Source: a virus. Taken from it: DNA of 25,430 bases. The stretch spans positions 1 through 25,430 of IMG/VR virus record IMGVR_UViG_3300005263_000012; one strand, given 5' to 3'. The position numbers and the translations under genes were made by a program. The notes beneath the pieces were generated by a model. That model did not search any database and had not been told where the DNA came from. It saw nothing but the letters and a program-made list of their open reading frames with translations. Below, in pieces: positions 8,518 through 17,406 of this stretch (position 1 is the first letter of the stretch; every line of letters starts with the position of its first letter).

Positions 8518-8973
8518 TTAAGCCTCCGCACACATTCTTACATACATCCCGAATTTTTCTATTGCGCCTTCTATACCTTCAAGATATCGAATAATATCCA
8601 GGTCAATATTTCCCCTGTCAACGCTCATATGAATTGAACAGTGACACGTCGGACACAGCATAACTATCTTGCCATATTTCCCGCCCTTGCTTTGTGGAAT
8701 TACATGGTGTTTTGTTAGCACGCTCGTGACTGGATATCCACAGATTTCGCATGATTTTGGTTTTGATATTTTGAAATGTTTGAACTGGTCTGCCGGGAGA
8801 GTCTTTTCTAATTTTGCGTGTACGCCGTGGTATTGAGAATATACTCTTTGAGCACGTAAGGTATGTAGTGTACAATTTTCATAATGGTTATAGAGTGCAT
8901 TTACAAGGCAATCGTTTTGCACTATTTGATTCCTTACTTTTTCAGATAGTAGGATAGATGCCATATTGCACAC
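8518..8973 (-). CDS. HNH endonuclease
   Basis: CEICG...LTKHHVIPQSKGG...IVMLCPTCHCSIH. Confidence 0.85.
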   Translation of the reverse strand: MCNMASILLSEKVRNQIVQNDCLVNALYNHYENCTLHTLRAQRVYSQYHGVHAKLEKTLPADQFKHFKISKPKSCEICGYPVTSVLTKHHVIPQSKGGKYGKIVMLCPTCHCSIHMSVDRGNIDLDIIRYLEGIEGAIEKFGMYVRMCAEA

Positions 8974-8976
8974 TCC

Positions 8977-9108
8977 TTAATATGTCACCATCTCGTATGT
9001 TATTCCGAGCCGCTCAAGCTTTGAACAGTATCCAGCCGCTTTATCTGCATCTCGGAAGGTTAGAACGTTCATGCCTCCACGAGTTGAAACTAGGATGAAA
9101 GGAAGCAT
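8977..9108 (-). CDS. 43-aa microprotein
   Basis: MLPFILVSTRGGMNVLTFRDADKAAGYCSKLERLGITYEMVTY. Abuts the upstream TAA. Confidence 0.55.
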   Translation of the reverse strand: MLPFILVSTRGGMNVLTFRDADKAAGYCSKLERLGITYEMVTY

Positions 9109-9441
9109 TTAATTCCGCTCCTGAATCCTATTCATTTCATCAACGATTTTTAATGCATTATTATATGATTCCATGAATTCTTTTGCATGTTCAGGTCTAA
9201 CATTCATACTTGCAGAATTTATTATCACATCACCTATTCTGATATAGTCATCTCCGACTCTTTCAACCGTGTTATAATAACTGATGCTTATTTTACTGTG
9301 GTTGTTTTGGAAGGAGGCTGTTTCACCATAATTTCCACAAATGTAACTTTCATCATAGCCGAGAGATTCAGCGAATTTTTGAACTTCTTTGAGTTGTTGG
9401 AGGGTCAGTGGATTCATTTCAATCATCATCTCTTTTCTCAC
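9109..9441 (-). CDS. Hypothetical protein (true start may be ATG 9417)
   Basis: ORF track. Member of the leftward operon. Confidence 0.65.
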   Translation of the reverse strand: MRKEMMIEMNPLTLQQLKEVQKFAESLGYDESYICGNYGETASFQNNHSKISISYYNTVERVGDDYIRIGDVIINSASMNVRPEHAKEFMESYNNALKIVDEMNRIQERN

Positions 9442-9555
9442 TCTTTCGGCTGTTCTTTATCCTTGCATTTCTGGCATTTACTGCCCTGGTTGGTTGGTTT
9501 GATTTTATCATTATTTTCATCTCCGATTATTTTATTAGCGCAACATTAAAAAATT

Positions 9556-9858
9556 TTAAAGATAATAATTAACTCTGTACTCTCCCCACTCTTTATGAAA
9601 ATCATCCCAGGTTCTAAGATATGATTTTCCATCTTTCAGTTTGATTCTCATAAGACCAGGTGCAACTGTCTCAAATTCGGTTCCATACTTTTCATAGTAA
9701 TAGTTCATTCCTTTCAGGAGCCACGCTTCAAACTCTAATGGTTTGTCGAAAATGCTTTTTTGTCCTGATGGGTTTCTGATTTTCCATGAGTTGTGCTGAA
9801 CTCCAGCTATTCTGCCTAGTTCTTGATTTGTTGCTGAGATTGCATTTTTGTAGGCCAT
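9556..9858 (-). CDS. Hypothetical protein
   Basis: 100 aa, GGAG RBS, directly downstream of repeated promoter A1. Confidence 0.7.
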   Translation of the reverse strand: MAYKNAISATNQELGRIAGVQHNSWKIRNPSGQKSIFDKPLEFEAWLLKGMNYYYEKYGTEFETVAPGLMRIKLKDGKSYLRTWDDFHKEWGEYRVNYYL

Positions 9859-9890
9859 TTGTTGCGCTCCGTTGTGTTTCGTGTAAATAG

Positions 9891-9944
9891 TAATAGGCTT
9901 TCAAAGTATTTATAGTTTACTATGTGTCTGACACAAAGTAAATG
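9891..9944 (-). promoter_or_regulatory. Repeated promoter A, copy 1
   Basis: 51/54 identical to 10492..10545. Minus-strand TATA-like CTATAAATA is preceded by the palindrome TGTGTCAGACACA. Confidence 0.75.
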
Positions 9945-9953
9945 CAAAAAAAA

Positions 9954-10181
9954 TTAGTCTGGTATTTTCTTAATTTCCTCTTTCAATACTTGTACATATC
10001 CACATTTACAAAAGTAGTTAGGCGTTATTGATTCTCTTTTACCTTCGTCATTCATTACTTTTGATTGAGATTTATACATCGATTTCCCACATTTTGGGCA
10101 CTTTGGGCGGGGGTTTTTACCTTCTCCTGTGCCTGGGTTTGGATATGCCTTTGGTGTGTTTCTTTTTCGTTTTACTGTCAT
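9954..10181 (-). CDS. Basic zinc-ribbon protein
   Basis: CPKCGK...YFCKCG. Confidence 0.7.
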   Translation of the reverse strand: MTVKRKRNTPKAYPNPGTGEGKNPRPKCPKCGKSMYKSQSKVMNDEGKRESITPNYFCKCGYVQVLKEEIKKIPD

Positions 10182-10182
10182 G

Positions 10183-10464
10183 TTACACTTTTACTCCATA
10201 TTTTTCTGCATACCATTTAGTAGTGCGCTCGCTCATCTGTCTAAAATCATCTTCCATCTTTTTCATTCTTCCAAAGACTGCTTCCCTGTTAGCTGCAACA
10301 TAATTCAACTTTTCAACATCTTTATCAAGACCATATTTCTTCACGATTACAGGCCATTCATGCTTTTGAGCTTTATAAAGTTCATCCCAGAAATCTAAAT
10401 GAATCGTTGGGACATTATTATTCTGTTTAAACATTGGTTTTGATTTTGACCTGTATCTGAACAT
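10183..10464 (-). CDS. Hypothetical protein
   Basis: 93 aa, AGGAGG RBS, downstream of repeated promoter A2. Confidence 0.7.
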   Translation of the reverse strand: MFRYRSKSKPMFKQNNNVPTIHLDFWDELYKAQKHEWPVIVKKYGLDKDVEKLNYVAANREAVFGRMKKMEDDFRQMSERTTKWYAEKYGVKV

Positions 10465-10491
10465 TTGTCTTTTCCTCCTTATTGCAATATA

Positions 10492-10545
10492 TAATAGGCT
10501 TTAAAAGTATTTATAGTTTACTATGTGTCTGACAGAACGTAAATG
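10492..10545 (-). promoter_or_regulatory. Repeated promoter A, copy 2
   Basis: Near-identical copy of 9891..9944, about 28 nt upstream of ATG 10464. Confidence 0.75.
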
Positions 10546-10665
10546 TGTTACATCTTTTAGGGTTCAACGGATATTAACAAAACGGCAACATCTACAAAAT
10601 AATATATAATATAACATATATAATAAACATATAATATCAATCATAGTGGCGAGTAGGACACACCT

Positions 10666-12021
10666 ATGACAAAATCAATAACGGTAAACTCGTCAATAGA
10701 CGACACGGTAAAACTACAAAAACTAATCGACGCAAACGGCAACACTCCCGCGAAATTTGATTTTCAAGGAGATGAACTAGAAATCAACTCCTTGCTACGC
10801 TTTTTTAATTTCGCTGAAGTTGCGGGTAATGGAATTACATTTAGACTCATGGAAAATGCGCCTGTCAATCCATTTGGTGAGCAAGTCCCACTGACAGGAA
10901 CAAAATACCCGAAAGGAGCTGAGGGGCTATGTTTCCATGACATTATATTTGAAGGCAACAGGGACATTCAAAACAAGGTTCCTAAGAAGAACGGTAAAAA
11001 TTGGGGTCTAGGCTATCATAATTTTATCGGTCTTGGAACAATCTCAAGCATTGAATTTTCAAATGCTGTTAACTGTATATTTTACAATCTGGAATTTAAC
11101 AATTCGTTAGGAGACGGCATTAGACCAGAAGGCGCGACTAATATTATAGTACATGACATCAAGGGTAAACGTACCGGCCACGACACCATAAACTACTCAG
11201 CCGTAAAAGGTGGAGAAGTCTATAATGTGGACCTTATGTTGGGTGTTGGCTCTGGTGTCCGTATGAGATCCTGCCAGAACATCAAGATACATGACTGTAA
11301 GCTTGATAATTCAATGGGATTGACGTATGGCCCAGGTATCCAGATACAGAGTACCGCCGTCAACTGGACCGGCTCAAACATTGAGATCTATGATAATACT
11401 ATCCTAGATACATATGGCCCAGGAATCCAGGTTGCCGGCAGCGTCAAGAATAACGGTCTAATCGGCATCCATAATAACCTCTTTTTAAGATGTGGAGCAA
11501 TGCCGGAAAGTGTGAACCGCCCAATTCTGGGGGGAGTTGCTTTCATGGGATTCCCGGTTCAAATCTGGAATAATACTATTGTGGATTCTTACGGGTTTGG
11601 CCTTGTTGCTGGTGCTTATGATGTTGGTTCTAACTATTCTTATGATGCGACGATTGAACGAAATATTATAACAGGAACTCGAAAAGCGAAGAAGGTGGGT
11701 ACTGCCTCTGGCACTGCAATCGCAAATCTGGTAGGATCAAAATATAATGTTACGTGTTCTGAAAACTGCCTATATGGGAACCTTGCAGAAGTGTATGGAG
11801 TCAAGAATGTTAATGGCGTCTTAAAAGATCCGCTTTTTACAGGAGACTACCGCCTCAAGGAAAATAGCCCTTGTAGGCTCCCAGGCTATCAGCTAGGATG
11901 TTATACTGACAGTACAAACCCAGATGAAGAAACCAGTCTTATGATTTCATCAGATGCAGACTCGATTAATAAAATAATCAATTCACTTTCTAAGGAGTAT
12001 ACCATTTACAGGAGTAAGTAA
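10666..12021 (+). CDS. Right-handed beta-helix protein, disaggregatase-related; no signal peptide
   Basis: PbH1-type repeats (GDGIR, NIKIHDC, NIEIYDNTILDTYGPGI, IHNNLF, RNIITGT, ENCLYGN, DPLF), resembling the Methanosarcina disaggregatase-related domain. Confidence 0.75.
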   Translation: MTKSITVNSSIDDTVKLQKLIDANGNTPAKFDFQGDELEINSLLRFFNFAEVAGNGITFRLMENAPVNPFGEQVPLTGTKYPKGAEGLCFHDIIFEGNRDIQNKVPKKNGKNWGLGYHNFIGLGTISSIEFSNAVNCIFYNLEFNNSLGDGIRPEGATNIIVHDIKGKRTGHDTINYSAVKGGEVYNVDLMLGVGSGVRMRSCQNIKIHDCKLDNSMGLTYGPGIQIQSTAVNWTGSNIEIYDNTILDTYGPGIQVAGSVKNNGLIGIHNNLFLRCGAMPESVNRPILGGVAFMGFPVQIWNNTIVDSYGFGLVAGAYDVGSNYSYDATIERNIITGTRKAKKVGTASGTAIANLVGSKYNVTCSENCLYGNLAEVYGVKNVNGVLKDPLFTGDYRLKENSPCRLPGYQLGCYTDSTNPDEETSLMISSDADSINKIINSLSKEYTIYRSK

Positions 12022-12023
12022 AC

Positions 12024-12527
12024 ATGCCAACTATTACAGATCCTTTAGTATATGAAACCGCAGATAACAAAGTAGTTAAGACCGTCACACTTCCAGGGCA
12101 ACCGGGTAAAAAAATAAAAATTGAACTGTGGACAGCAAAGATAGCTAACAAAACAAAAGGAGTTAGGACAACCCTAACAACCTACATGAAATATCCTGGT
12201 AAAAAGTTCGCCGTTGCGGGATGGGGCGCGTCTACTACAGAATATACTCCTGAGAGTTACAGCACGTATCAGTATGAAGGAGATGTCGGGGTAGATGTAA
12301 TCCTGCAATGGGAACTAAAAACGGATAAAGCGAATAGTACGGCCTACATGAAAGACGCTGCTTACACGTATTCATATATCGATTCTGGGGTAACTCCTGT
12401 GCCCGTTGAAAAAGAGGAGTTTATTGTCATTAAGTGTAAGGAATCTGAAACAAAAGACTTGATAGCTAAAATAAAAGGTATTGCACCAGCTGTCGAGATT
12501 AGCACACTTTCCCAGGTGGGAACGTGA
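12024..12527 (+). CDS. Beta-rich hypothetical protein, possibly a binding partner
   Basis: 167 aa, starts 2 nt after the beta-helix gene. Rich in T/Y/W beta strands, with a PVPVE linker and a short C-terminal module. Confidence 0.7.
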   Translation: MPTITDPLVYETADNKVVKTVTLPGQPGKKIKIELWTAKIANKTKGVRTTLTTYMKYPGKKFAVAGWGASTTEYTPESYSTYQYEGDVGVDVILQWELKTDKANSTAYMKDAAYTYSYIDSGVTPVPVEKEEFIVIKCKESETKDLIAKIKGIAPAVEISTLSQVGT

Positions 12528-12537
12528 CGGAATATTA

Positions 12538-12572
12538 TTCAGGACAACCTCCTGATTTTCATTTTTCTTTTT
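12538..12572 (+). terminator. Hairpin + T-tract terminator
   Basis: TCAGGA-CAACC-TCCTGA followed by TTTTCATTTTTCTTTTT. Confidence 0.45.
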
Positions 12573-12687
12573 CGTCAGAAACCAAAACTGAATATGAATT
12601 ACAATCTTCAGATACCCAATCGACTATTTTTATAAGATCCAAAAATATATAAATGTGTAATTACATACCTTATTAAAAATAAAAAAG

Positions 12688-13047
12688 GTGACATACATTA
12701 CAGACGTAACACTTTTTTCCGAAATCCTTAATGTGATTGTTATACCGACTATCGCTTTTCTTGCCTACAAAGCAAAGCAATACAAACCGCAAATCCAGGA
12801 AGCCGAAGCTAACGCGAAAGAAGCTATTGGAATTGCAGAATCCATCTACTCAAAAGCGAGTTCCGTGCTTCCCTTATTTGAAAATCTTCAGAAGTTATCT
12901 TATGATTACACAAACGCGGCCGCCTCTGGAGACATCTCCAACGAAGAAGCTCAGACACTCTTGGCAGATATTAAGGTGATCGCTGAAGATCCTGCCGTAA
13001 AGGATCTTAGGAAAATGTTAGAGGGGTATACATGTTCGAATCAGTAA
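12688..13047 (+). CDS. Holin-like membrane protein (one N-terminal TM + helical domain)
   Basis: Hydrophobic LFSEILNVIVIPTIAFLAY, then basic KAKQYK and amphipathic helices. Adjacent to a putative wall hydrolase. Confidence 0.5.
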   Translation: MTYITDVTLFSEILNVIVIPTIAFLAYKAKQYKPQIQEAEANAKEAIGIAESIYSKASSVLPLFENLQKLSYDYTNAAASGDISNEEAQTLLADIKVIAEDPAVKDLRKMLEGYTCSNQ

Positions 13048-13116
13048 TAGCCTCTCTCAAAAAAACGTATGCGACAATAATTACAACAATTTAACTAATT
13101 CTAGACTGAGGTATTC

Positions 13117-13479
13117 ATGATTAATAACACGGGATCAATTTCAGACGTGGAGGCATTGGCAGTTCTGGGGGCATGTGGGGCAGCGATAAAAAAATACGGA
13201 CCTACTATTTTGAGAGTGCTTTCTAAACTGCTTGTTTCCTCTTCTGTGGTTGATCACGTTAAGGAGCAGGGGACAGAAACGGCTTTAGCAAAGCTTAAAA
13301 CACCTGATGATATTTTTTGTGTGTTAGAGTCGTTCGAACTGGATAAGGACGGGCGTGTAGTCTTGAGAAATAACGGGAGGGTTAGCAAGCTTCTCAATGA
13401 TAATAGGCCGTTAACTTCGTTTGAAAAGGACGAGGTTATTAAGGTTATGCGGAAGATATTCCAGGTAAAAAAAGAGTAA
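13117..13479 (+). CDS. Hypothetical protein
   Basis: 120 aa, GAGGT RBS. Confidence 0.7.
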   Translation: MINNTGSISDVEALAVLGACGAAIKKYGPTILRVLSKLLVSSSVVDHVKEQGTETALAKLKTPDDIFCVLESFELDKDGRVVLRNNGRVSKLLNDNRPLTSFEKDEVIKVMRKIFQVKKE

Positions 13480-13514
13480 AAATATTAGAAAAGGAGTAAG
13501 TTTTTTTTCTGTAA

Positions 13515-13892
13515 TTACTCCAATTCATCAATCATTTTTTGAAGTTCCTCAACTGATTTGTTCTGTAAATCGGCATCCTGCTTTGAAGCTACGATTTCCA
13601 TTATCTTCTGTTTCTTTTCCTTCCGTTCTCTTGCCTGTAATCTAGCTGCTTCCTCTTCAAGTTTTACCTTGACTATGTATTTCACGATCTCTATTTTAGT
13701 ATTAAGAATTTCATCTTCCTGACTCTTTGTAGCCAGTAAACTTTCTTCGTTTGCTTCTTTGGCTTCAGCATTCAATGTTTTGAAAATTGAATCTAGATAC
13801 CTGACATCTAAATCCCATAGATCCTCAACCGATACTAGACCCCGGAAGGGGAACCTGAACTTACATCTTGTAGCTGTTTCAAACATGTTCAT
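13515..13892 (-). CDS. Phage-type conserved coiled-coil protein
   Basis: FETATRCKFRFPFRGLVSVEDLWDL motif recognised from tailed-phage hypotheticals. AGGAG RBS. Confidence 0.75.
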   Translation of the reverse strand: MNMFETATRCKFRFPFRGLVSVEDLWDLDVRYLDSIFKTLNAEAKEANEESLLATKSQEDEILNTKIEIVKYIVKVKLEEEAARLQARERKEKKQKIMEIVASKQDADLQNKSVEELQKMIDELE

Positions 13893-13905
13893 ATTAATAT
13901 CTCCT

Positions 13906-15954
13906 TTAAAATTTAATTTTAATAATTCTTTCTGTCTGCCCCTTGACTTTTACAATCAATTCGTTTCTTTTTGTGGAACTGAAACCAACTCCTGATAACT
14001 GATCATCGGTATGTTGTACGCGCATCTTACCGCCTAAAGCCTCGAAAACCCTCTTATACTGTTCAAGCTCTCTCTTGAGGAATTCGTTATAGAAACCGTT
14101 AGGTGACTCTGGGTTAATACAGTCCTTCAGCATGAAGAAGTAATGCCGGTGTCCTATGCCGTCTTGGGAATCCCAATAGTTAGGGGAGTACATGACAACC
14201 GAAACAGGAATAAACTGATTTGTTTTGAGGTTCCATACTTCTCTTGTGGATACGTTAGAGGGTAGTTTCTCTACTATTGAGAATCCTGTATTATGATTAA
14301 ATGTTACTTCGGCAACTTGAATACTTTCTTTATACTTCAATTCTTTATTGTACTCAAATGAGTGTATCTGCCCGTCAAATTCAATTTCAGCCCTGAATCC
14401 ACTTCTACCGCCATTATTTGAGTAACAGTGAACAAAGAATTTATAGGTTCCTGCTGTCATGTGATTAGTGGTACTCCACGTTATGTTCTCTACGGCTGGA
14501 GCTCCATTGTTTGGATTGATAATATCTACGTCAAGGACTCCACCGGTGGGGCTTAACTGTCTTTTATTAGGATAATATATTTCATATCCTCTCGGTTCGA
14601 TGCAGTGTGCGTCGAGGTCATTCTTATCTGTTTCAATATCGTTCCACTGAATAGAGAACCTTAATACACCTTCGACGTTTCCACCTGCCGACTTTACGTT
14701 TTCTTTCAGGCTACTGTCTGTCATGTTTCCAGAATAAGCCCAACTGAAAGCATTATTCCATTTGAACATAGTAAGGCAGTCATTGTTTACATGGCCTATC
14801 AGGGATACCATACTTTTAGTGTGTTTGTTATCAAAAAGTATTTCAAGCTCTTTAGCTGTTGGTAAGATATTTTCAACAAAGTTATCTATTGAAACCTCTT
14901 CAATTTTTGAGAACTTCTTAGGATTGACTGCTATATCCTTTGACATCTCACCGAATACACCATCTATCCGCTTTGCAGAATCCTTATTTGAGAATAATAT
15001 ATTATTTACTGTGATGTCATCGAGGTTTGCATATCTTCGAGGAAGGGAGTTAGTATAACCGAGCTCTTCGATAGTTGCTCTTGCTTCATCTAACATTTTC
15101 TGAGTAAAGATAGCTTTTGGTCTCTTATAGTTTGTAGGCGCTACGATTTTTTCATATCTCTTGACGGCCTCGTCGAGACCCATACCTGCGCTGATGTCTA
15201 CAAGAAGTACACCTATGCTATGATTCCGTATTCTCCCGACTACCGCACCGGCTTTTATTGACTTTTCCCAAGCAAAGTTATTTTTTTCTTCTTCTGATTC
15301 CAGCTTAACATATTCCCTCTTATATTGAAGGAAGTTAGTTAGTACGTTTCCCCATTCTTCACCTTTATATAGTGTGTTTGAGGCGATCAGTTCAAGCACT
15401 GTAAGCAGGCTATCTTCTGTGAGTTCTTCAAGGGATCTTTTGAATACATCCTTTGTAGCTCTGAAATCTCCTTTTATATCGCCTTCAGACTTACCCGACG
15501 AGTTAACAAACCTTGAAGGTAGTTCGAGATAGAAGTGTTCATATTCAATTACTTTATTATCGCACTTGTCGGCAAGTTCGTAGTTTTTATCAATCCCGAT
15601 TTTTGAGAATTTGGTAACCCATATGTCTGAAACCAACTTCGATTTTACAAACTCTGATAAAGCATTTAGTACCGGTTGATATTCAGAACTTCCACATTCG
15701 AAGTCCCATACTGTTTTTACTTCGTTGTCTTTAATGATTACAGCATTGCCAATTTTCTTAATGAATTGACGGCAAGCACTACAGTCGTGCTCCCTTCGAA
15801 CTCGATGTATCTCATTTGTTCCGGAGGGGAAACTGTCAAGATATATATTCCATAGCTCATCTTTATTTAACTCAACTTCAAACAGGTGAGCTGAGTCTTT
15901 TGACATTTCTATAAAATTGTCCTGTAATGCTTTCTTAACGTGTTTAATAGTCAT
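13906..15954 (-). CDS. Large phage-type protein with an HxCxxC motif and a YfaP/DUF2135-like domain
   Basis: 682 aa. REHDCSACRQF; LRFSIQWND..NDLDAHCIEP.G.EIYY.NK...GGVLDVD...AVENITW. Confidence 0.75.
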   Translation of the reverse strand: MTIKHVKKALQDNFIEMSKDSAHLFEVELNKDELWNIYLDSFPSGTNEIHRVRREHDCSACRQFIKKIGNAVIIKDNEVKTVWDFECGSSEYQPVLNALSEFVKSKLVSDIWVTKFSKIGIDKNYELADKCDNKVIEYEHFYLELPSRFVNSSGKSEGDIKGDFRATKDVFKRSLEELTEDSLLTVLELIASNTLYKGEEWGNVLTNFLQYKREYVKLESEEEKNNFAWEKSIKAGAVVGRIRNHSIGVLLVDISAGMGLDEAVKRYEKIVAPTNYKRPKAIFTQKMLDEARATIEELGYTNSLPRRYANLDDITVNNILFSNKDSAKRIDGVFGEMSKDIAVNPKKFSKIEEVSIDNFVENILPTAKELEILFDNKHTKSMVSLIGHVNNDCLTMFKWNNAFSWAYSGNMTDSSLKENVKSAGGNVEGVLRFSIQWNDIETDKNDLDAHCIEPRGYEIYYPNKRQLSPTGGVLDVDIINPNNGAPAVENITWSTTNHMTAGTYKFFVHCYSNNGGRSGFRAEIEFDGQIHSFEYNKELKYKESIQVAEVTFNHNTGFSIVEKLPSNVSTREVWNLKTNQFIPVSVVMYSPNYWDSQDGIGHRHYFFMLKDCINPESPNGFYNEFLKRELEQYKRVFEALGGKMRVQHTDDQLSGVGFSSTKRNELIVKVKGQTERIIKIKF

Positions 15955-16112
15955 TGCTGTTCCTCTAGTTCTTTTAATCTTCTCCTAATCGTTCTAGCAC
16001 TTACACCGTAATATTTAGCCATTTGTTCTTGATTCCACCCTTTCTTAATGAGTGTTTTTAATCCTAAGATTTTTACATCTTTAAAGGGTATTTCTTTCCT
16101 CTTCGGTGGCAC
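15951..16112 (-). CDS. 53-aa HTH DNA-binding protein (not in track)
   Basis: GTG start. ...KGWNQEQMAKYYGVSARTIRRRLKE is a classic HTH. ATGA overlap with the 682-aa gene. Confidence 0.75.
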   Translation of the reverse strand: MPPKRKEIPFKDVKILGLKTLIKKGWNQEQMAKYYGVSARTIRRRLKELEEQQ

Positions 16113-16413
16113 AAATCACACCTTTAGAATACTTTTCGACGAATCGTTTGTGGCCTTTGATAGCTTCTTCCTCGGTTGAATATTTTTCATAATCGTTATC
16201 ATATTCTTCATTATCAGAAAAGATCATGGTTTCAAAGATAAGGGGTGTGTGTGGCTCATTCATAACAAAGGAATGATCGATACCTAACCAGACGGTGCTT
16301 ACTACATCGCCGTTTGATAATTTATCCTTCTTCAGAATCTTATATTCTGCATTTTCAAAGAGTTTACAGAACTCCATTGTGGAAATTTCGTTTCCTTGTT
16401 TATCATAGTACAT
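16081..16413 (-). CDS. Phage-type conserved hypothetical protein
   Basis: VSTVWLGIDH..PLIFETMIF..YSTEEEAIKGH. AAGGAG RBS and its own TATA upstream. Confidence 0.75.
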   Translation of the reverse strand: MYYDKQGNEISTMEFCKLFENAEYKILKKDKLSNGDVVSTVWLGIDHSFVMNEPHTPLIFETMIFSDNEEYDNDYEKYSTEEEAIKGHKRFVEKYSKGVICATEEERNTL

Positions 16414-16507
16414 TGTTTTAACTCCTTTACATGGTACAAGGTGGACATATTATATATAGTTATGCCGGTTAGTGTGAATAAAAAAATAAGTTTATAGTTA
16501 GTGATTA

Positions 16508-16909
16508 TCACTTCCATACCCTTGAGATTTCCCTCACACATTCAGGCCCCATCTCATCCTCTATAATTTCCCATTTTACATCGTCGGGAACTTCAACTAT
16601 TTTGAGGTCAAGATGTTCAGAGTCTTTGAGTTCGGTGACTACTTGAATTAGAGCTGGATCAGTTCTGTCGATATCGTATATTGAAAAAAACTTTTCTCTA
16701 TATGAATCGGTTGAAATTGTGGATTCGTCGAGAGTTTCATAATACGCAGTAAGTTTATCTGGATCTGGATTTATACACATCTCGTATAATCCATATCCTT
16801 GATTCCATTGATATGGTGTCAATTTTAATCCTTTGAGTTCCGCATATCTCATTATAGCGTTGTGTGACAGATCGAAACCTGCGCCTGTGTTTATTACTAT
16901 TTTTTGCAT
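16508..16909 (-). CDS. Phage-type conserved hypothetical protein
   Basis: KIVIN..GFDLS..RTDPALIQVVTEL..LKIVEVPDDVKWEI. Confidence 0.75.
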   Translation of the reverse strand: MQKIVINTGAGFDLSHNAIMRYAELKGLKLTPYQWNQGYGLYEMCINPDPDKLTAYYETLDESTISTDSYREKFFSIYDIDRTDPALIQVVTELKDSEHLDLKIVEVPDDVKWEIIEDEMGPECVREISRVWK

Positions 16910-17109
16910 TTTAACTGACTCCTAATATCAAAATAGATAGCTTCCGCGATTTTATCTTTAATATGGTCATTATTGGGATCTAGCTCATGTGCTCTGGTAA
17001 ACCAAGATAAAGCTTGTTTGTATCTTTTTCGCTTAAGATGGATACAGCCCCAATATGTTAGTTCATTTGCTTTTGTAGGTAATCCTAGAAGCTTTCTAAT
17101 ATTAATCAT
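16897..17109 (-). CDS. Small TPR-like protein
   Basis: WGCIHLKRKRYKQALSWFTRAHELDPNN fits the TPR consensus. Confidence 0.65.
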   Translation of the reverse strand: MINIRKLLGLPTKANELTYWGCIHLKRKRYKQALSWFTRAHELDPNNDHIKDKIAEAIYFDIRSQLKCKK

Positions 17110-17119
17110 GGTTTATACC

Positions 17120-17392
17120 TCATTTTACAAATATCAAAATCAATATTAATCCAATGATAAAAACAACTGATAACCTTTGAAACTCTTCCAAATCACATAA
17201 CTTAAAAATATAATAATACAACTGTTGCCATGCATATTTTGTAGTGTTAGAATACTCTTTTATGAATTCGTATTCGGGTACTCCAACCCCTTGACAAGAC
17301 TTTATGATTGATTGTCTGTTGAGTTCGGAGATCTCGTAAAATAACTTAATTTCATTGTTGTTAGTATCTGGAATCATCGTAACCTCTCTCAA
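17120..17392 (-). CDS. Small membrane protein with a C-terminal TM helix
   Basis: C-terminus LSVVFIIGLILILIFVK. The real start may be the internal ATG. Confidence 0.55.
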   Translation of the reverse strand: MREVTMIPDTNNNEIKLFYEISELNRQSIIKSCQGVGVPEYEFIKEYSNTTKYAWQQLYYYIFKLCDLEEFQRLSVVFIIGLILILIFVK

Positions 17393-17406
17393 ATTAACCG
17401 TCCAGT

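Noticed and set aside
10595-10640. ATATA-rich low-complexity run as an iteron array
   Set aside because: No consistent unit. It is adequately explained as the promoter region of 10666.
4777-10967. Track ORFs 4777..4989, 5787..6263, 6374..6562, 7218..7571, 8618..8875, 9187..9549, 10028..10303, 10129..10398 and 10764..10967
   Set aside because: They overlap better-supported genes, antisense or out of frame, and have no RBS or motifs.
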